The position numbers and the translations under genes are program-made. Source: Escherichia phage SP22. Taken from it: a stretch of DNA of 64,000 nt. The notes beneath the pieces were generated by a model. It saw only the letters and a list, made by a program, of their open reading frames with translations, was not told the DNA's origin and made no database searches. This document shows, in pieces, positions 51,392 to 61,643 of the stretch (positions are counted from its first letter, which is position 1; each line of letters begins with the position of its first letter). Location: sequence record LC519489.1, one strand, 5' to 3'.

Positions 51392-53626
51392 ATGATTAAG
51401 ACAATTAAAAAATCAAATGGTACAGTAGTAAGCTTTGACCCAGAAAGACTGAATAAGTGGGCATCATGGGCAGATAAACGTGGAATTATCTGGTCAGAAG
51501 TCACTATGGAAGCTATGAAACGTGTCTATGAAGGTTGCACTACAAAAGAGATGCACCAAGCCATGATTGATGTTTGTGTTGATAAACAAACTCAAGAGTA
51601 CTCAGATATGGCTGGACGGCTACTTCTAGGGATTATCTACAAAGAAGCCTTTGGAGGCTTTACTAAGGTTCCTACGCTGATTACCTTCGTTAAAAATATG
51701 GAGAGAGCAGGACTTTGGGAGAAGATGGATTATTCACAGGAAGAGCTTGAATACCTGCAAGGTTACATCGTGCACTCAAAAGATATCTCTTACGGTTATG
51801 CAGTCTTGAAACAGTTCAGAGACAAGTATGGTATCCGAGATATTAAAACGGGAAGACTGTTTGAGTCACCACAATTTATGTTCATGGGTATGGCTATGAA
51901 AGCCTTTGAGAAGCAACCAAAGCACCGTAGACTGCAAGATGTTATCAAGCTGTACACTTACTTATCTGACCTGAAGATTAACGCTCCTACGCCCTATTTA
52001 AACGGGTTAAGAGCAACTAAATCAGGTTATGCGTCATGCTGTTTGATTAAGGCAAATGATACTGCTGAGTCTCTTGGTATTGCTGCAAAGGTTGCTTATG
52101 ATATGACCACAAAGCAAGCTGGTATTGGTATGCTGATGGAGACACGTACTATTGGTGATGGTATCCGTCAAAATACGATTGAGCACATGGGTAAACTACC
52201 TTATTACAAGCTTGTACGTTCATCTGTAGAGGCAAACAAACAGAAGAGTCGTGGCGGTTCAGCTAATAACTTCTACACTGCTCTAGACCCGCAGATTGAA
52301 GATTTACTGCGTTTGAAACACCCTACAACGGTTCCTTCTAAACGTATTAATGAGATGGACTATTCATTCGGCACAAACGATTATTTCTGGCAGTGTGTTC
52401 AGTATGATACAGATTGGTTGCTATTCTCTTACAAAGATGCACCAAAACTCTATGACATGTTCTACACAGCATCTGCTGATGAGTTTGCTATGGCAGTTGG
52501 TCACGCAGTACATTCAGGAGTTAAGCACAGACGAGTAAAGGCTCGTGAAATTGCCAAGCTGTTTATTCAACAGCGTTATGCTACAGGTCGTGTGTATCCA
52601 TTCTTCACTAACAATGCGAACACACATACACCATTTAAAGAACCATTGAAGATGTCAAATCTTTGTATGGAAATTGTGTTGCCAGTGTATGGTTTTGAGA
52701 AAGAGACAGACCTTTACAGAGACGATGCTGTGAAAGAGGATGGTGAGGTGGCTCTTTGCTTCCTAGCTAGTTTGGTTGCAGGGAGAATTTCAGAAGATGA
52801 ATACGCTGACGTTGCTTATTATGCTCTTGCAATGGTTGACTCCGTTATTGACCTTATGGATTATCCGTATCCGTCGATGCGTAACCATGTTCAGAAGCGT
52901 CGTTCTGTTGGGATTGGCCTTACAAATGTGGCTCATTACCTTGCGAAGAACTACGTGAACTACTCTTCACGAGCAGGTAAAACGAAACTTCATGAACTGG
53001 CAGAGATGCACTCTTACTATCTGCATGAAGCCTCTCTGAGACTTGCTAAAGAGCGTGGCGTTCCAGAATACATGAAGTTCACTAAGTATCCTGAAGGTTG
53101 GGTTCCTCCAAAGACAGCTAACAAGAAGATTGATGAAAAGCATGATGCAAAACTACGATATGATTGGGATGACTTAGCACAACGTATCAAAGAAAATGGT
53201 GGAATCCGAAACTCTGTATTAGAAGCTTACATGCCTAATGAGAGTTCTTCACTAGCAACTAACACGACAAATGGCTTGTACCCAATTCGTGACTTTATTT
53301 TAACTAAAAAGTCTGCAACTGGTAACGTACTGTTTATTGTTCCAGATTATGAAGAGTTGAAGTATGTCTATGAAATTGCTTGGGATATTGACACCTTTGA
53401 TATGATTGATTGTTATGCAATTGTTCAAAAGTTCACTGGTCAAGCTATCTCTTCAGATTTCTATGTTGACTACGCAAAAGCTAAGAAGGTATCATTGGCT
53501 CAAGCTTTGAAGTACATGATTTATGCCAACTCGGTAGGTATGAAAACCATGTACTACCTTAACAGCCGCATTGGTGTAGGTAAATCTGCACTGCAAGATG
53601 CTTATTGCGAGGGTTGTGGTGTTTAG
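51392..53626 (+). CDS. nrdA: Ribonucleotide reductase class Ia, alpha subunit
   Basis: N-terminal ATP-cone-like region, SNLCMEI active-site motif, C-terminal CEGCG. Confidence 0.85.
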   Translation: MIKTIKKSNGTVVSFDPERLNKWASWADKRGIIWSEVTMEAMKRVYEGCTTKEMHQAMIDVCVDKQTQEYSDMAGRLLLGIIYKEAFGGFTKVPTLITFVKNMERAGLWEKMDYSQEELEYLQGYIVHSKDISYGYAVLKQFRDKYGIRDIKTGRLFESPQFMFMGMAMKAFEKQPKHRRLQDVIKLYTYLSDLKINAPTPYLNGLRATKSGYASCCLIKANDTAESLGIAAKVAYDMTTKQAGIGMLMETRTIGDGIRQNTIEHMGKLPYYKLVRSSVEANKQKSRGGSANNFYTALDPQIEDLLRLKHPTTVPSKRINEMDYSFGTNDYFWQCVQYDTDWLLFSYKDAPKLYDMFYTASADEFAMAVGHAVHSGVKHRRVKAREIAKLFIQQRYATGRVYPFFTNNANTHTPFKEPLKMSNLCMEIVLPVYGFEKETDLYRDDAVKEDGEVALCFLASLVAGRISEDEYADVAYYALAMVDSVIDLMDYPYPSMRNHVQKRRSVGIGLTNVAHYLAKNYVNYSSRAGKTKLHELAEMHSYYLHEASLRLAKERGVPEYMKFTKYPEGWVPPKTANKKIDEKHDAKLRYDWDDLAQRIKENGGIRNSVLEAYMPNESSSLATNTTNGLYPIRDFILTKKSATGNVLFIVPDYEELKYVYEIAWDIDTFDMIDCYAIVQKFTGQAISSDFYVDYAKAKKVSLAQALKYMIYANSVGMKTMYYLNSRIGVGKSALQDAYCEGCGV

Positions 53627-53681
53627 TTTTAACAATTATGAGGGTCGTAAAAGACCCTCTAAAAATAACTTTGGAGAGACC

Positions 53682-53939
53682 ATGAAAGATTTAATAGAAA
53701 AACATGAGCGACCTATATACTTGCTCCACAAGCCTCGGAAAACGATGTACTATGTGAGTAGCACAGACATGATGATAAAACAAAATGATGACTCATGGGT
53801 TGCTGGTATCTCTTACATCTCTACAGCAGATGGTAAAATCTACGCAAGACCTTATGAGATGTTTAACAAAGAAAATTGGGAAGTTTTAGACAGAAAACAA
53901 GCCTTAGAAATGATAAAGAAAGGAGAAATCACACTATGA
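53682..53939 (+). CDS. Small hypothetical protein between nrdA and nrdB
   Basis: ORF track entry 53598 starts inside nrdA; start moved to ATG after GGAGAG. Confidence 0.4.
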   Translation: MKDLIEKHERPIYLLHKPRKTMYYVSSTDMMIKQNDDSWVAGISYISTADGKIYARPYEMFNKENWEVLDRKQALEMIKKGEITL

Positions 53940-55009
53940 TTAACCAGCACCCAATCTTTTTAGGTGGTGAGAGAAAAACTTTTGACTCACTTAATAAGCA
54001 CTACCCAAAAATCTTTGAACTTTATAAACAACAAAAAGCACAAGACTGGTCAGAAGATGAGTTCCCTTTTGAACAATCACGTCTTGATTTTGAGAGTGTC
54101 CCAGCATCAATGTCAGGTGTAATGCTTGAGATTCTTAAGTGGCAATGGGAAGCAGATACTCAAGTTGCTAAGAGCTTGGCATTCGCCTTTGCACCATTCA
54201 TCTCTGATGACATCTATGCAACTGCAATTATGAAGCAGTCTGAGATTGAAAACCTACATGCTCTTACTTACTCAGAGATTGTAAGGCAATGTATTAAAAA
54301 CCCTGAAACAATCTTAGATGAGATTAACCAGAATGTTGCTGTGCAAGACCGATTAAAAACTGTGAATCGTGTTCTTGAAGAATTACTGGATGAAGGCATA
54401 AACTATCGTCTCAGTTATGTGCGTGACTCACTTCTGGACAAAGACCCATTACACTTTCATAAAGTGATTCTAAAAGGTCTATTTGCAGTGACTGCACTTG
54501 AAGGCATTTCCTTCATGGCATCCTTTGCATGTACCTTTGCACTTGATGCTCAGGATAAATTTCAGGGTATTGCTCAAGCTGTCCAGAAAATTATGCTTGA
54601 TGAAATCCTTCACACCAAGATTGATATTGAAGTTTTAAAAGAAACTTTAAGAGATGATGAGTGGCAGAAAGCTTTTCAACAAATTCTTCCAGAGATTAAA
54701 GTAATCTTAGATGAAGTAGTTGAAAGTGAAGAGAAATGGTCGTATTATATCTTCTCCGAAGGACGTGCTGTAGTTGGCTTAAATACAAAACTTCTTCATG
54801 AGTGGGTTTACTATAATGCTGCCCCACTGTATGATATGTTTGGCATTCTCAGAGATTTTGTAGCTCCTAAAGAACCACCTTTGAAGTATATGATTAAGAA
54901 GATGGAAATTGATAAAGAGCAGAATGCTAATCAGGAGCAACAGAACGGTGCGTACCTGTTGAATACTGTTGTAGATGATTTGAATAGTGGATTTTTAGAG
55001 GTTCCTTAA
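53936..55009 (+). CDS. nrdB: Ribonucleotide reductase class Ia, beta subunit
   Basis: Di-iron/tyrosyl-radical family pattern; start at MINQHP after AAGGAG. Confidence 0.8.
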   Translation: MINQHPIFLGGERKTFDSLNKHYPKIFELYKQQKAQDWSEDEFPFEQSRLDFESVPASMSGVMLEILKWQWEADTQVAKSLAFAFAPFISDDIYATAIMKQSEIENLHALTYSEIVRQCIKNPETILDEINQNVAVQDRLKTVNRVLEELLDEGINYRLSYVRDSLLDKDPLHFHKVILKGLFAVTALEGISFMASFACTFALDAQDKFQGIAQAVQKIMLDEILHTKIDIEVLKETLRDDEWQKAFQQILPEIKVILDEVVESEEKWSYYIFSEGRAVVGLNTKLLHEWVYYNAAPLYDMFGILRDFVAPKEPPLKYMIKKMEIDKEQNANQEQQNGAYLLNTVVDDLNSGFLEVP

Positions 55010-55251
55010 TGACTTATGTGATTTACTCCAAAACTGGATGCCCTCAGTGTGAGACTGCAAAGAATTTTGCAAAAGCTCGTGGTATTGACCATGTTGTGAG
55101 AATGTTAGGGCAGGACTATGAACTGTCAGACCTGATGGATATTGCACAGATGCCAGTTCGTCAGATGCCATTCATCATGAAAACTGATGGACAAAACCTA
55201 AAACCTGTTGGGACGCTACAGAATTTTATGGCAGAGGTGAATAATGCTTAA
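55009..55251 (+). CDS. Glutaredoxin-like protein (NrdH-type)
   Basis: CPQC redox motif near N-terminus; 80 aa. Confidence 0.6.
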   Translation: MTYVIYSKTGCPQCETAKNFAKARGIDHVVRMLGQDYELSDLMDIAQMPVRQMPFIMKTDGQNLKPVGTLQNFMAEVNNA

Positions 55252-55450
55252 ACGCATTTGGGAAGGTTTGGTTGTCGATGCACCAGCTATTGTGATTGGT
55301 ATGCTGATTGTTAACCTATTTACTGATTTTGAACAAGGTTCATTGTTTGGGGCCATGTTACTATGGGTTATCTTTGAAATATTAGAGATACAGCTAGGCA
55401 TCACTGAAAAACTGAGAAAACTCGTTTCTAAGTTTTCTAAAAAGATTTAA
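55244..55450 (+). CDS. Small membrane protein
   Basis: Hydrophobic; ORF track. Confidence 0.4.
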   Translation: MLKRIWEGLVVDAPAIVIGMLIVNLFTDFEQGSLFGAMLLWVIFEILEIQLGITEKLRKLVSKFSKKI

Positions 55451-55457
55451 AATGAAA

Positions 55458-55479
55458 GGGTCTCTTCGGAGACCTTTTT
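55458..55479 (+). terminator. Rho-independent terminator
   Basis: GGGTCTC-ttcg-GAGACC + T5. Confidence 0.6.
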
Positions 55480-55498
55480 AGCATGTAAAGGGGCAATA

Positions 55499-57643
55499 AT
55501 GAACAAAGTACAGATTATTAAAAAGAATGGCTCACTTGAAGAACCTGATATCAAAAAAGTTTTAGCAGCAGTCACAAAGTCAGCTAACAGAGTTGGTTAT
55601 AAAGAGCTTCCACCAGATGTTACTCAAGCTCTTGAGTCAGCATTTATGAGGATTCTGGTAAAGTCCACTAAGCAGAATAATTTGCTTATCTCGGTAAATG
55701 ATATTCACAGTATTGTTGAAGGTGCTTTGGCAGAAGTTAATCACGAGATTTATGAGTCTTACTCAACATATAGAAATTACCGTAAAGAAGTTGCTCAAAA
55801 TTGGGATGAACTCTACCAGAAGACCAAAGATACACTCTTCTTAGGTGACAGAGAGAATGCTAACTTTGACAGCAGTTTAATTTCTACAAAAGGTTCAATT
55901 ATTCGTGGTTATCTGACTAAAGAAATCTTTAAACAGTACCATTTAACACCAGAGGAACTTGAAGCCATTGAAAAAGGGTTTATCTATATCCATGATTTAA
56001 GAGACCTAATCTTTGGTGGTATCAACTGTTGCCTGTTTGACATTGGTAAAGTCCTGAAAGGTGGCTTTGAAATGTCTGGCATCGAATATTGTGAACCAAA
56101 GTCTGTGCTGTCGGCCTTACAGGTTATTGGTGACGTAGTTCTTTCAGCAACTGCACAGCAATTTGGTGGCTTTACTTTAGCAGAGATTGATAAGGTACTT
56201 GTACCGTATGCTAAGAAGTCTCTACGCTATCATGCTGAGAAAGCAGCATCTTATGGTATTCCTAAAGAACATTACCACAATTATGTCATGGAGCAGCTAC
56301 AGATTGAACTAACTCAAGGTTTCCAGTCACTTGAAATGAAACTAAATACCGTACCTTGTAGCCGTGGGGATTTTGCATTTACAACTTTGACATTCGGGTT
56401 ACTTGACTCAGATATGTCTAATGAAGATAACCGACTGCAATATATGATTGCAAGTACTCTCCTAGATGTTCGTATGAATGGACAAGGTAAGAGCAAGAAA
56501 CCTGTTGTATTCCCTAAACTGGTTTATATTTATGACCAGAAGAGACATAATGAGAATATCTGTCAAGGCCACCTGTACAGTAAAGCTATAGAGTGTTGCT
56601 CTAAAGCGATGTATCCAGATTTCTTAAGTGTATCTGGTCATGGTGCTGTAGCAGAAGCTTTTGAGCGTTCTGGCAAGGTAATCTCGCCGATGGGTTGTAG
56701 AGCCTTCTTATCTCCATATCTTAACGAGGATGGGGAAGAGTTCTACGTTGGTCGTGCTAACATTGGTGCTGTATCTTTGAACTTACCAATGATTTACCAG
56801 TATTCTAAAGAGAATGGTTTAGATTTCTGGAAAGAGCTTGATAAGTACCTAGAGATGATTCGCAGCTTCCACAAGAAACGCTACGAAATGATTGCTAATA
56901 TGCCAGCAAGTTCTAACCCTCTTGCATTCACACAAGGTGGTCTGTACAAAGGGACTAAGAAACCTACTGACAAGGTTGGTTGGGATATCGTGAAGTCCTT
57001 CACAGCTTCTTTTGGGGTTACTGCTCTTGATGAGCTATCTGTTCTTGCTGAGGGTAAACGACTTCATGAAGTTGGAAGCTATAGTTTTGCATACGATGTT
57101 CTGGCGTACATCAACATGAAAACTGAAGAGTTTAAAAATGAAGATGGTTTCTTATATGCAGTCTATGGCACTCCAGCAGAATCACTTTGTGGAACTCAGC
57201 TAAAACAGTTCAGAGATATGTTTGGCGTTATCAAAGGTGTTTCTGATAAAGAATACTTTACAAATAGTTTCCATATGAATGTTGCAGCAGACATTACACC
57301 ATTTGAGAAGCAGGACTTAGAAGAACCCTTCTTCCATATCTGTAGAGGCGGCAGAATCCAGTATGTAAGGGTAGCTAACCCAGAAAACTTGCCAGCACTT
57401 AAAAGTTGTATTACCAGAGGGATGTTGAAGGGTTTTTATCAGGGACTTAACTTTGACTTAGCAATCTGTGAACATTGTGGTAACAGACCAAAATCAGATG
57501 TTGAAGAGTGTGAAGTTTGTCACTCACATGATATCTCTGTGATTAACAGGGTGTGCGGATATCTTGGGTGGACTAAGATTAAAGGTGAATCTCGAATGAA
57601 TGATGCAAAAATCGCTGAGATTCGTGACAGAGTTTCTATGTAA
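55499..57643 (+). CDS. nrdD: Anaerobic ribonucleotide reductase (class III)
   Basis: C-terminal Zn site CEHCGN ... CEVCHSHD and glycyl-radical motif RVCGYLG. Confidence 0.85.
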   Translation: MNKVQIIKKNGSLEEPDIKKVLAAVTKSANRVGYKELPPDVTQALESAFMRILVKSTKQNNLLISVNDIHSIVEGALAEVNHEIYESYSTYRNYRKEVAQNWDELYQKTKDTLFLGDRENANFDSSLISTKGSIIRGYLTKEIFKQYHLTPEELEAIEKGFIYIHDLRDLIFGGINCCLFDIGKVLKGGFEMSGIEYCEPKSVLSALQVIGDVVLSATAQQFGGFTLAEIDKVLVPYAKKSLRYHAEKAASYGIPKEHYHNYVMEQLQIELTQGFQSLEMKLNTVPCSRGDFAFTTLTFGLLDSDMSNEDNRLQYMIASTLLDVRMNGQGKSKKPVVFPKLVYIYDQKRHNENICQGHLYSKAIECCSKAMYPDFLSVSGHGAVAEAFERSGKVISPMGCRAFLSPYLNEDGEEFYVGRANIGAVSLNLPMIYQYSKENGLDFWKELDKYLEMIRSFHKKRYEMIANMPASSNPLAFTQGGLYKGTKKPTDKVGWDIVKSFTASFGVTALDELSVLAEGKRLHEVGSYSFAYDVLAYINMKTEEFKNEDGFLYAVYGTPAESLCGTQLKQFRDMFGVIKGVSDKEYFTNSFHMNVAADITPFEKQDLEEPFFHICRGGRIQYVRVANPENLPALKSCITRGMLKGFYQGLNFDLAICEHCGNRPKSDVEECEVCHSHDISVINRVCGYLGWTKIKGESRMNDAKIAEIRDRVSM

Positions 57644-57797
57644 AACTTGACATGGTGGTGTGAGTCTTGATAGGCTTACATCACCTTTTTATTTGGATGT
57701 TAGATATGGCAGAGAGTATTATTGGGTTGTTCATAGGTTCTGTCTTACTAGGGTTCTTTTTAGGACTCTCTTATTGTGAATTAAGAGGCAAGTTAAA

Positions 57798-57998
57798 ATG
57801 TTTAAAATATCAAAAGCGTTGATATACATTCTCCACATTCTAATCTTCTTCTTTGGGGTTAGTGTTATGGTATGGGGTTTTTCAGACCCACAATGGAGTT
57901 TCGCATATCAGGGTCAGATGGATTTATGGTCATGCTTCAAACCATTTTTAGGGTTAGTCATAGCATTCAGTGCATTGCCAACTAAGGTGAAATTATGA
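57798..57998 (+). CDS. Small membrane protein
   Basis: Hydrophobic; ORF track. Confidence 0.4.
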   Translation: MFKISKALIYILHILIFFFGVSVMVWGFSDPQWSFAYQGQMDLWSCFKPFLGLVIAFSALPTKVKL

Positions 57999-58390
57999 TT
58001 AAGTTGAACAAAAAACAGTTAGAGTGGATTAAAGATTATACCTCAGAGTGTGGCTCTTGCGAAAAGAATCACGTAAGATATTCAACATTCCATACGACCT
58101 TCACATTGTACATCAGCGACAACGTTCTAAGTGATTCCGTAGAAGACGGTGTAGCATTGCCTAATGAATTGCTTGACAAATTAGCTGTAGTCACTGGAAC
58201 TTGGTCTGAAGAAGATGGTCACGAACTATCTGGTGATGTTGTCTTCTACAGTCTTGAAAATATCATGAATCCAGAGTACGTCATGCTAATGACTTGCGCA
58301 CAAGACTGTGTGCCATTACAAAACTTCATTAAAGAACACTGTGAAGAATTTATTACTAAACAGGTTCCTTGTCAGGTGGTGTTTGAATGA
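57995..58390 (+). CDS. Hypothetical protein
   Basis: ORF track. Confidence 0.4.
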   Translation: MIKLNKKQLEWIKDYTSECGSCEKNHVRYSTFHTTFTLYISDNVLSDSVEDGVALPNELLDKLAVVTGTWSEEDGHELSGDVVFYSLENIMNPEYVMLMTCAQDCVPLQNFIKEHCEEFITKQVPCQVVFE

Positions 58391-58686
58391 GTAAAACAAT
58401 TCGAAGAAAAGGTTTAAAGAACGTTCATGGACTTTATGAGTGGAGAAATGAGGTACGTAACAGAGAAAATGCTTCAGAGGCCTACTACCACTCTGATATG
58501 ATGTCCAGAAAAGGTGGCTCTTATGACTTTACAAGCCAACCTTGTAGAGAGATTAAGAAGGCCACTAAACGTCTTACAAGAACACAAATAAGGCAGCTTT
58601 CTAAGACATCCTTCTTAGATGAAGATTTTGATATTGATAGCAAGTCTCCAAAGAAAGCCGCTAAGAACACTTATATGTATTGGTGA
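58387..58686 (+). CDS. Hypothetical protein
   Basis: ORF track. Confidence 0.4.
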   Translation: MSKTIRRKGLKNVHGLYEWRNEVRNRENASEAYYHSDMMSRKGGSYDFTSQPCREIKKATKRLTRTQIRQLSKTSFLDEDFDIDSKSPKKAAKNTYMYW

Positions 58687-58695
58687 GGTAACTAG

Positions 58696-59181
58696 ATGAA
58701 TTACATGGAGATTCGACCATTTGACACAGCTAATGGTGAAGGGGTTCGTGTAAGCCTCTTCGTAGCTGGTTGTAAGCATCACTGTGAAGGTTGCTTTAAC
58801 AGGGAGTCTTGGAAGTTTAATGCTGGTAAAGAGTTCACTTATGCAAACCTCTATGGCATCATTAAATTAATGGATGATAATGCCGTCAGTGGGTTGTCAA
58901 TACTTGGTGGAGAACCTCTGGATGATAGAAATATCCAAGAGGTTACCAACATATGCAAACGTATTAAAACCGTTTACCCAGAAAAATCTATCTGGCTATG
59001 GACAGGTTTTCAGTTACACGAAAAAATTCACCTTGATGTGATGAAATATGTTGACGTGGTGATTGATGGTAAGTATGATTCATCTAAACCAACAGTTAAA
59101 CCGTATCGTGGTTCAGATAACCAAAACCTCTGGAGAAAAGAGTACGGATGGCAAGGTGATTGTCAGTGGAGAGCAGAGTGA
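58696..59181 (+). CDS. nrdG: Anaerobic RNR activating protein (radical SAM)
   Basis: CKHHCEGC (Cx3Cx2C) motif near N-terminus. Confidence 0.75.
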   Translation: MNYMEIRPFDTANGEGVRVSLFVAGCKHHCEGCFNRESWKFNAGKEFTYANLYGIIKLMDDNAVSGLSILGGEPLDDRNIQEVTNICKRIKTVYPEKSIWLWTGFQLHEKIHLDVMKYVDVVIDGKYDSSKPTVKPYRGSDNQNLWRKEYGWQGDCQWRAE

Positions 59182-59277
59182 TTATTCTGGCAGATGGACT
59201 AAGGTATAACTCCAATTGGTATCACTGAAGAAGAACTTCATAAGTTCTGTATTAAACTTTAATGAGAGAGACTAAAA

Positions 59278-59544
59278 ATGGGAATTTTAGGTAATATGAA
59301 AGCTGGATTCTTGAAGGCACTGGAAAAAGCAGCAGCAATTGTTTCTATGACTGGAAAGCAGGTCGGTGTAGATGCTTCAGCGGTTGCACAGGTTCTTGCA
59401 AGCCAAATTGAACAGCAGCCTTACATCTACGTAGGACGTGGTAAAGGTGGTAAGAAACAAGCCCACCGCCAATCTGGTGCAGCAGCTATTAAACGAGCAG
59501 CTAAAAAAGCTCGTAACCGTAAACGTAATAAGAAGGCTAAATAA
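59278..59544 (+). CDS. Small protein with basic C-terminal tail
   Basis: C-terminal KRAAKKARNRKRNKKAK. Confidence 0.4.
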   Translation: MGILGNMKAGFLKALEKAAAIVSMTGKQVGVDASAVAQVLASQIEQQPYIYVGRGKGGKKQAHRQSGAAAIKRAAKKARNRKRNKKAK

Positions 59545-59546
59545 TC

Positions 59547-59867
59547 ATGAGCAAAGTTTATAACACTCGTAAATTACAGATTTTCGTACTGTGCCAGTTT
59601 ATGGCTAAAGAATACAACTTCTACTATTGTGGTACAGGTTTTATTAGTGATGATGATGGCTCATACCTCCCATTCAAAGAAGCTGTAAAACTCTTTAATG
59701 AAGAGAAAAGCTCTAAGAAAGATATTGAAAAGGTTAAGCTAACTTACAGCAAGAAAGATAAGAAGATTATCTGCCTAGATAACTTTGTAAAAGTTACTGG
59801 AAAAGCAAAAGAGCTTATGGATGAGAGTGAGATTCCATTCACAAGCCTCTTGAAAGTAGCTCAGTAA
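59547..59867 (+). CDS. Hypothetical protein
   Basis: ORF track. Confidence 0.4.
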   Translation: MSKVYNTRKLQIFVLCQFMAKEYNFYYCGTGFISDDDGSYLPFKEAVKLFNEEKSSKKDIEKVKLTYSKKDKKIICLDNFVKVTGKAKELMDESEIPFTSLLKVAQ

Positions 59868-59880
59868 ACAGAGACTATAG

Positions 59881-59904
59881 GGGAACTGTAAAGGTTCCCT
59901 TTTT
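59881..59904 (+). terminator. Rho-independent terminator
   Basis: GGGAAC-tgtaaa-GGTTCCC + T5. Confidence 0.6.
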
Positions 59905-59918
59905 ATTTTGGAGGTAAA

Positions 59919-60434
59919 ATGTATCTGTCAAACCTGAAACGTTCGGTTGCAATGTCAGTTCTAAGACTCAGCTTTGATGAGCGTCAAGAGTTTATAGACT
60001 CCCACAAATATGACCCTTCAAATTCTAATCACATGGTTCTTTGGAATCGTGATAACTTCCGTGAAAGAGCACTTGTCCGTTATTACCCACACTACACAAT
60101 AGATAACCTGTATGAATGGTGTGTTGTGAAGAACACCATTGCAACACTGAACAATCTTTGCAGGTATACGGGTAAGCAAACATTTACATTAGGTCATCAC
60201 AAACCTGTTACAAAAGGTGGTGAACATCACTGTGCAAACTGGTTTATCCAAACTAAAGCTGATAACCAGAAGCAAGGAGATAGCCTCCTAAGTATCCCTA
60301 AGATGACCTATGAAGAGCAAGAGAAATATATCAAAAATAATATGCCAGATGTGCTTGACAACAACTATACAGATTTGGCAATATCTCTCCTGTTGAAGTT
60401 CGAGACAGTTTATAGGGCAACTTATAATGGCTAA
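59919..60434 (+). CDS. HNH-like endonuclease (putative)
   Basis: LGHHKPVTKGGEHHCANWF motif. Confidence 0.4.
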   Translation: MYLSNLKRSVAMSVLRLSFDERQEFIDSHKYDPSNSNHMVLWNRDNFRERALVRYYPHYTIDNLYEWCVVKNTIATLNNLCRYTGKQTFTLGHHKPVTKGGEHHCANWFIQTKADNQKQGDSLLSIPKMTYEEQEKYIKNNMPDVLDNNYTDLAISLLLKFETVYRATYNG

Positions 60435-60705
60435 AGAAAAGTGGGAGATTTTACCATTAGTCAGTGAAGGAGGTAATGGTTGTGAAATGTACATGATACG
60501 TGGTCATGTTCCAGAGCCAATTGCACTTGAGATGGTAAACAACTTTACAGATGGTTCTTACAAAGACTTAGGCGAACCAACTGTCAAGCAACAATGGGTT
60601 AAACCTGTACCAGACAGCACAGGTAACTGTAGTGTACTTTATCACGTTGTAGACCCTGCAAAATGCAAATCTGCAATGGCAGTAACAAACGTAACTTTTG
60701 ATTGA
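60427..60705 (+). CDS. Hypothetical protein
   Basis: ORF track. Confidence 0.4.
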   Translation: MAKEKWEILPLVSEGGNGCEMYMIRGHVPEPIALEMVNNFTDGSYKDLGEPTVKQQWVKPVPDSTGNCSVLYHVVDPAKCKSAMAVTNVTFD

Positions 60706-61598
60706 GAGAGAAAACTATGAAAACATCTATCCGTGTTACAGTTCATTCACCAACTAAAGGAACTCATGAAGAAGAGTTTAACATCATCCAATTTCCTTCT
60801 GGTGAGATTGGTGGACACTTTTCGCCAGAGTTTGTTGATTTCACTGCTTATGCAGCATCATCCATCAACAATGTGATTATGATTGTAAAAGGTTATGATA
60901 AGGATACATTGTTTGCTGTGGCACTTGCTAAAGAAGCAATTGATGATTTAATTCCTCATGATTATGCTTTAAAGACTGTCATCTTTTACTACTTACCAAA
61001 TGCACGTTATGACCGTCACATGTTTAAAGGCGACGCAGCAGCTTTAAAGGTTTTTGCTAAACAGGTAAATGCAATGGGATTTGGTGCAGTCTGTGCAGTT
61101 GACCCTCACAGCTATGTACCAGATAACCTGTTTAACTGCTTCCAGAGTATTCCTCAAAAGGAAATTGCAGTCCACTATGCAAATGACCCACTGATTGATT
61201 ACTTAGTAGCCCCAGATGCAGGTGCTGCTAAGAAGATTGCAGAGACTGCTAAAGAGGTGGATAAACCATATATCACAATGTCTAAAGTACGCAACCTTAA
61301 GACTGGTGAAATTACTGGTATGCGAATCCTTGATGATGTTGATTTGACAGATAAAACCGTCATGATTCTGGATGATATCTGTGATGGTGGTCGAACCTTC
61401 ATAGAAGCAGCTAAACATCTTCGTGAAGCAGGTGCAAAACGTGTGGAACTCTATGTAACACACGGTATCTTCTCTAAAGATGTTGAAAACCTTCTTGACA
61501 ATGGCATTGACCACATCTACACTACAAACTCTTTAGGGGAAGCTAAAGACCGTGGCTTAACACATTATGGTCAAGTTACTGTAGCAAACCTTGATTGA
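60702..61598 (+). CDS. prs: Ribose-phosphate pyrophosphokinase-like protein (Prs family; could instead be an ADP-ribose pyrophosphate synthetase homologue)
   Basis: PRPP-binding-type motif VMILDDICDGGRT; 298 aa; adjacent to NAMPT-like gene. Confidence 0.6.
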   Translation: MREKTMKTSIRVTVHSPTKGTHEEEFNIIQFPSGEIGGHFSPEFVDFTAYAASSINNVIMIVKGYDKDTLFAVALAKEAIDDLIPHDYALKTVIFYYLPNARYDRHMFKGDAAALKVFAKQVNAMGFGAVCAVDPHSYVPDNLFNCFQSIPQKEIAVHYANDPLIDYLVAPDAGAAKKIAETAKEVDKPYITMSKVRNLKTGEITGMRILDDVDLTDKTVMILDDICDGGRTFIEAAKHLREAGAKRVELYVTHGIFSKDVENLLDNGIDHIYTTNSLGEAKDRGLTHYGQVTVANLD

Positions 61599-61607
61599 AA
61601 CTTTATA

Positions 61608-61628
61608 GGGGCTTAAAAGCCCCATTTT
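61608..61628 (+). terminator. Terminator-like hairpin between Prs-like and NAMPT-like genes
   Basis: GGGGC-ttaaaa-GCCCC + ATTTT. Confidence 0.45.
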
Positions 61629-61643
61629 GAGAGAGATTAAAAG

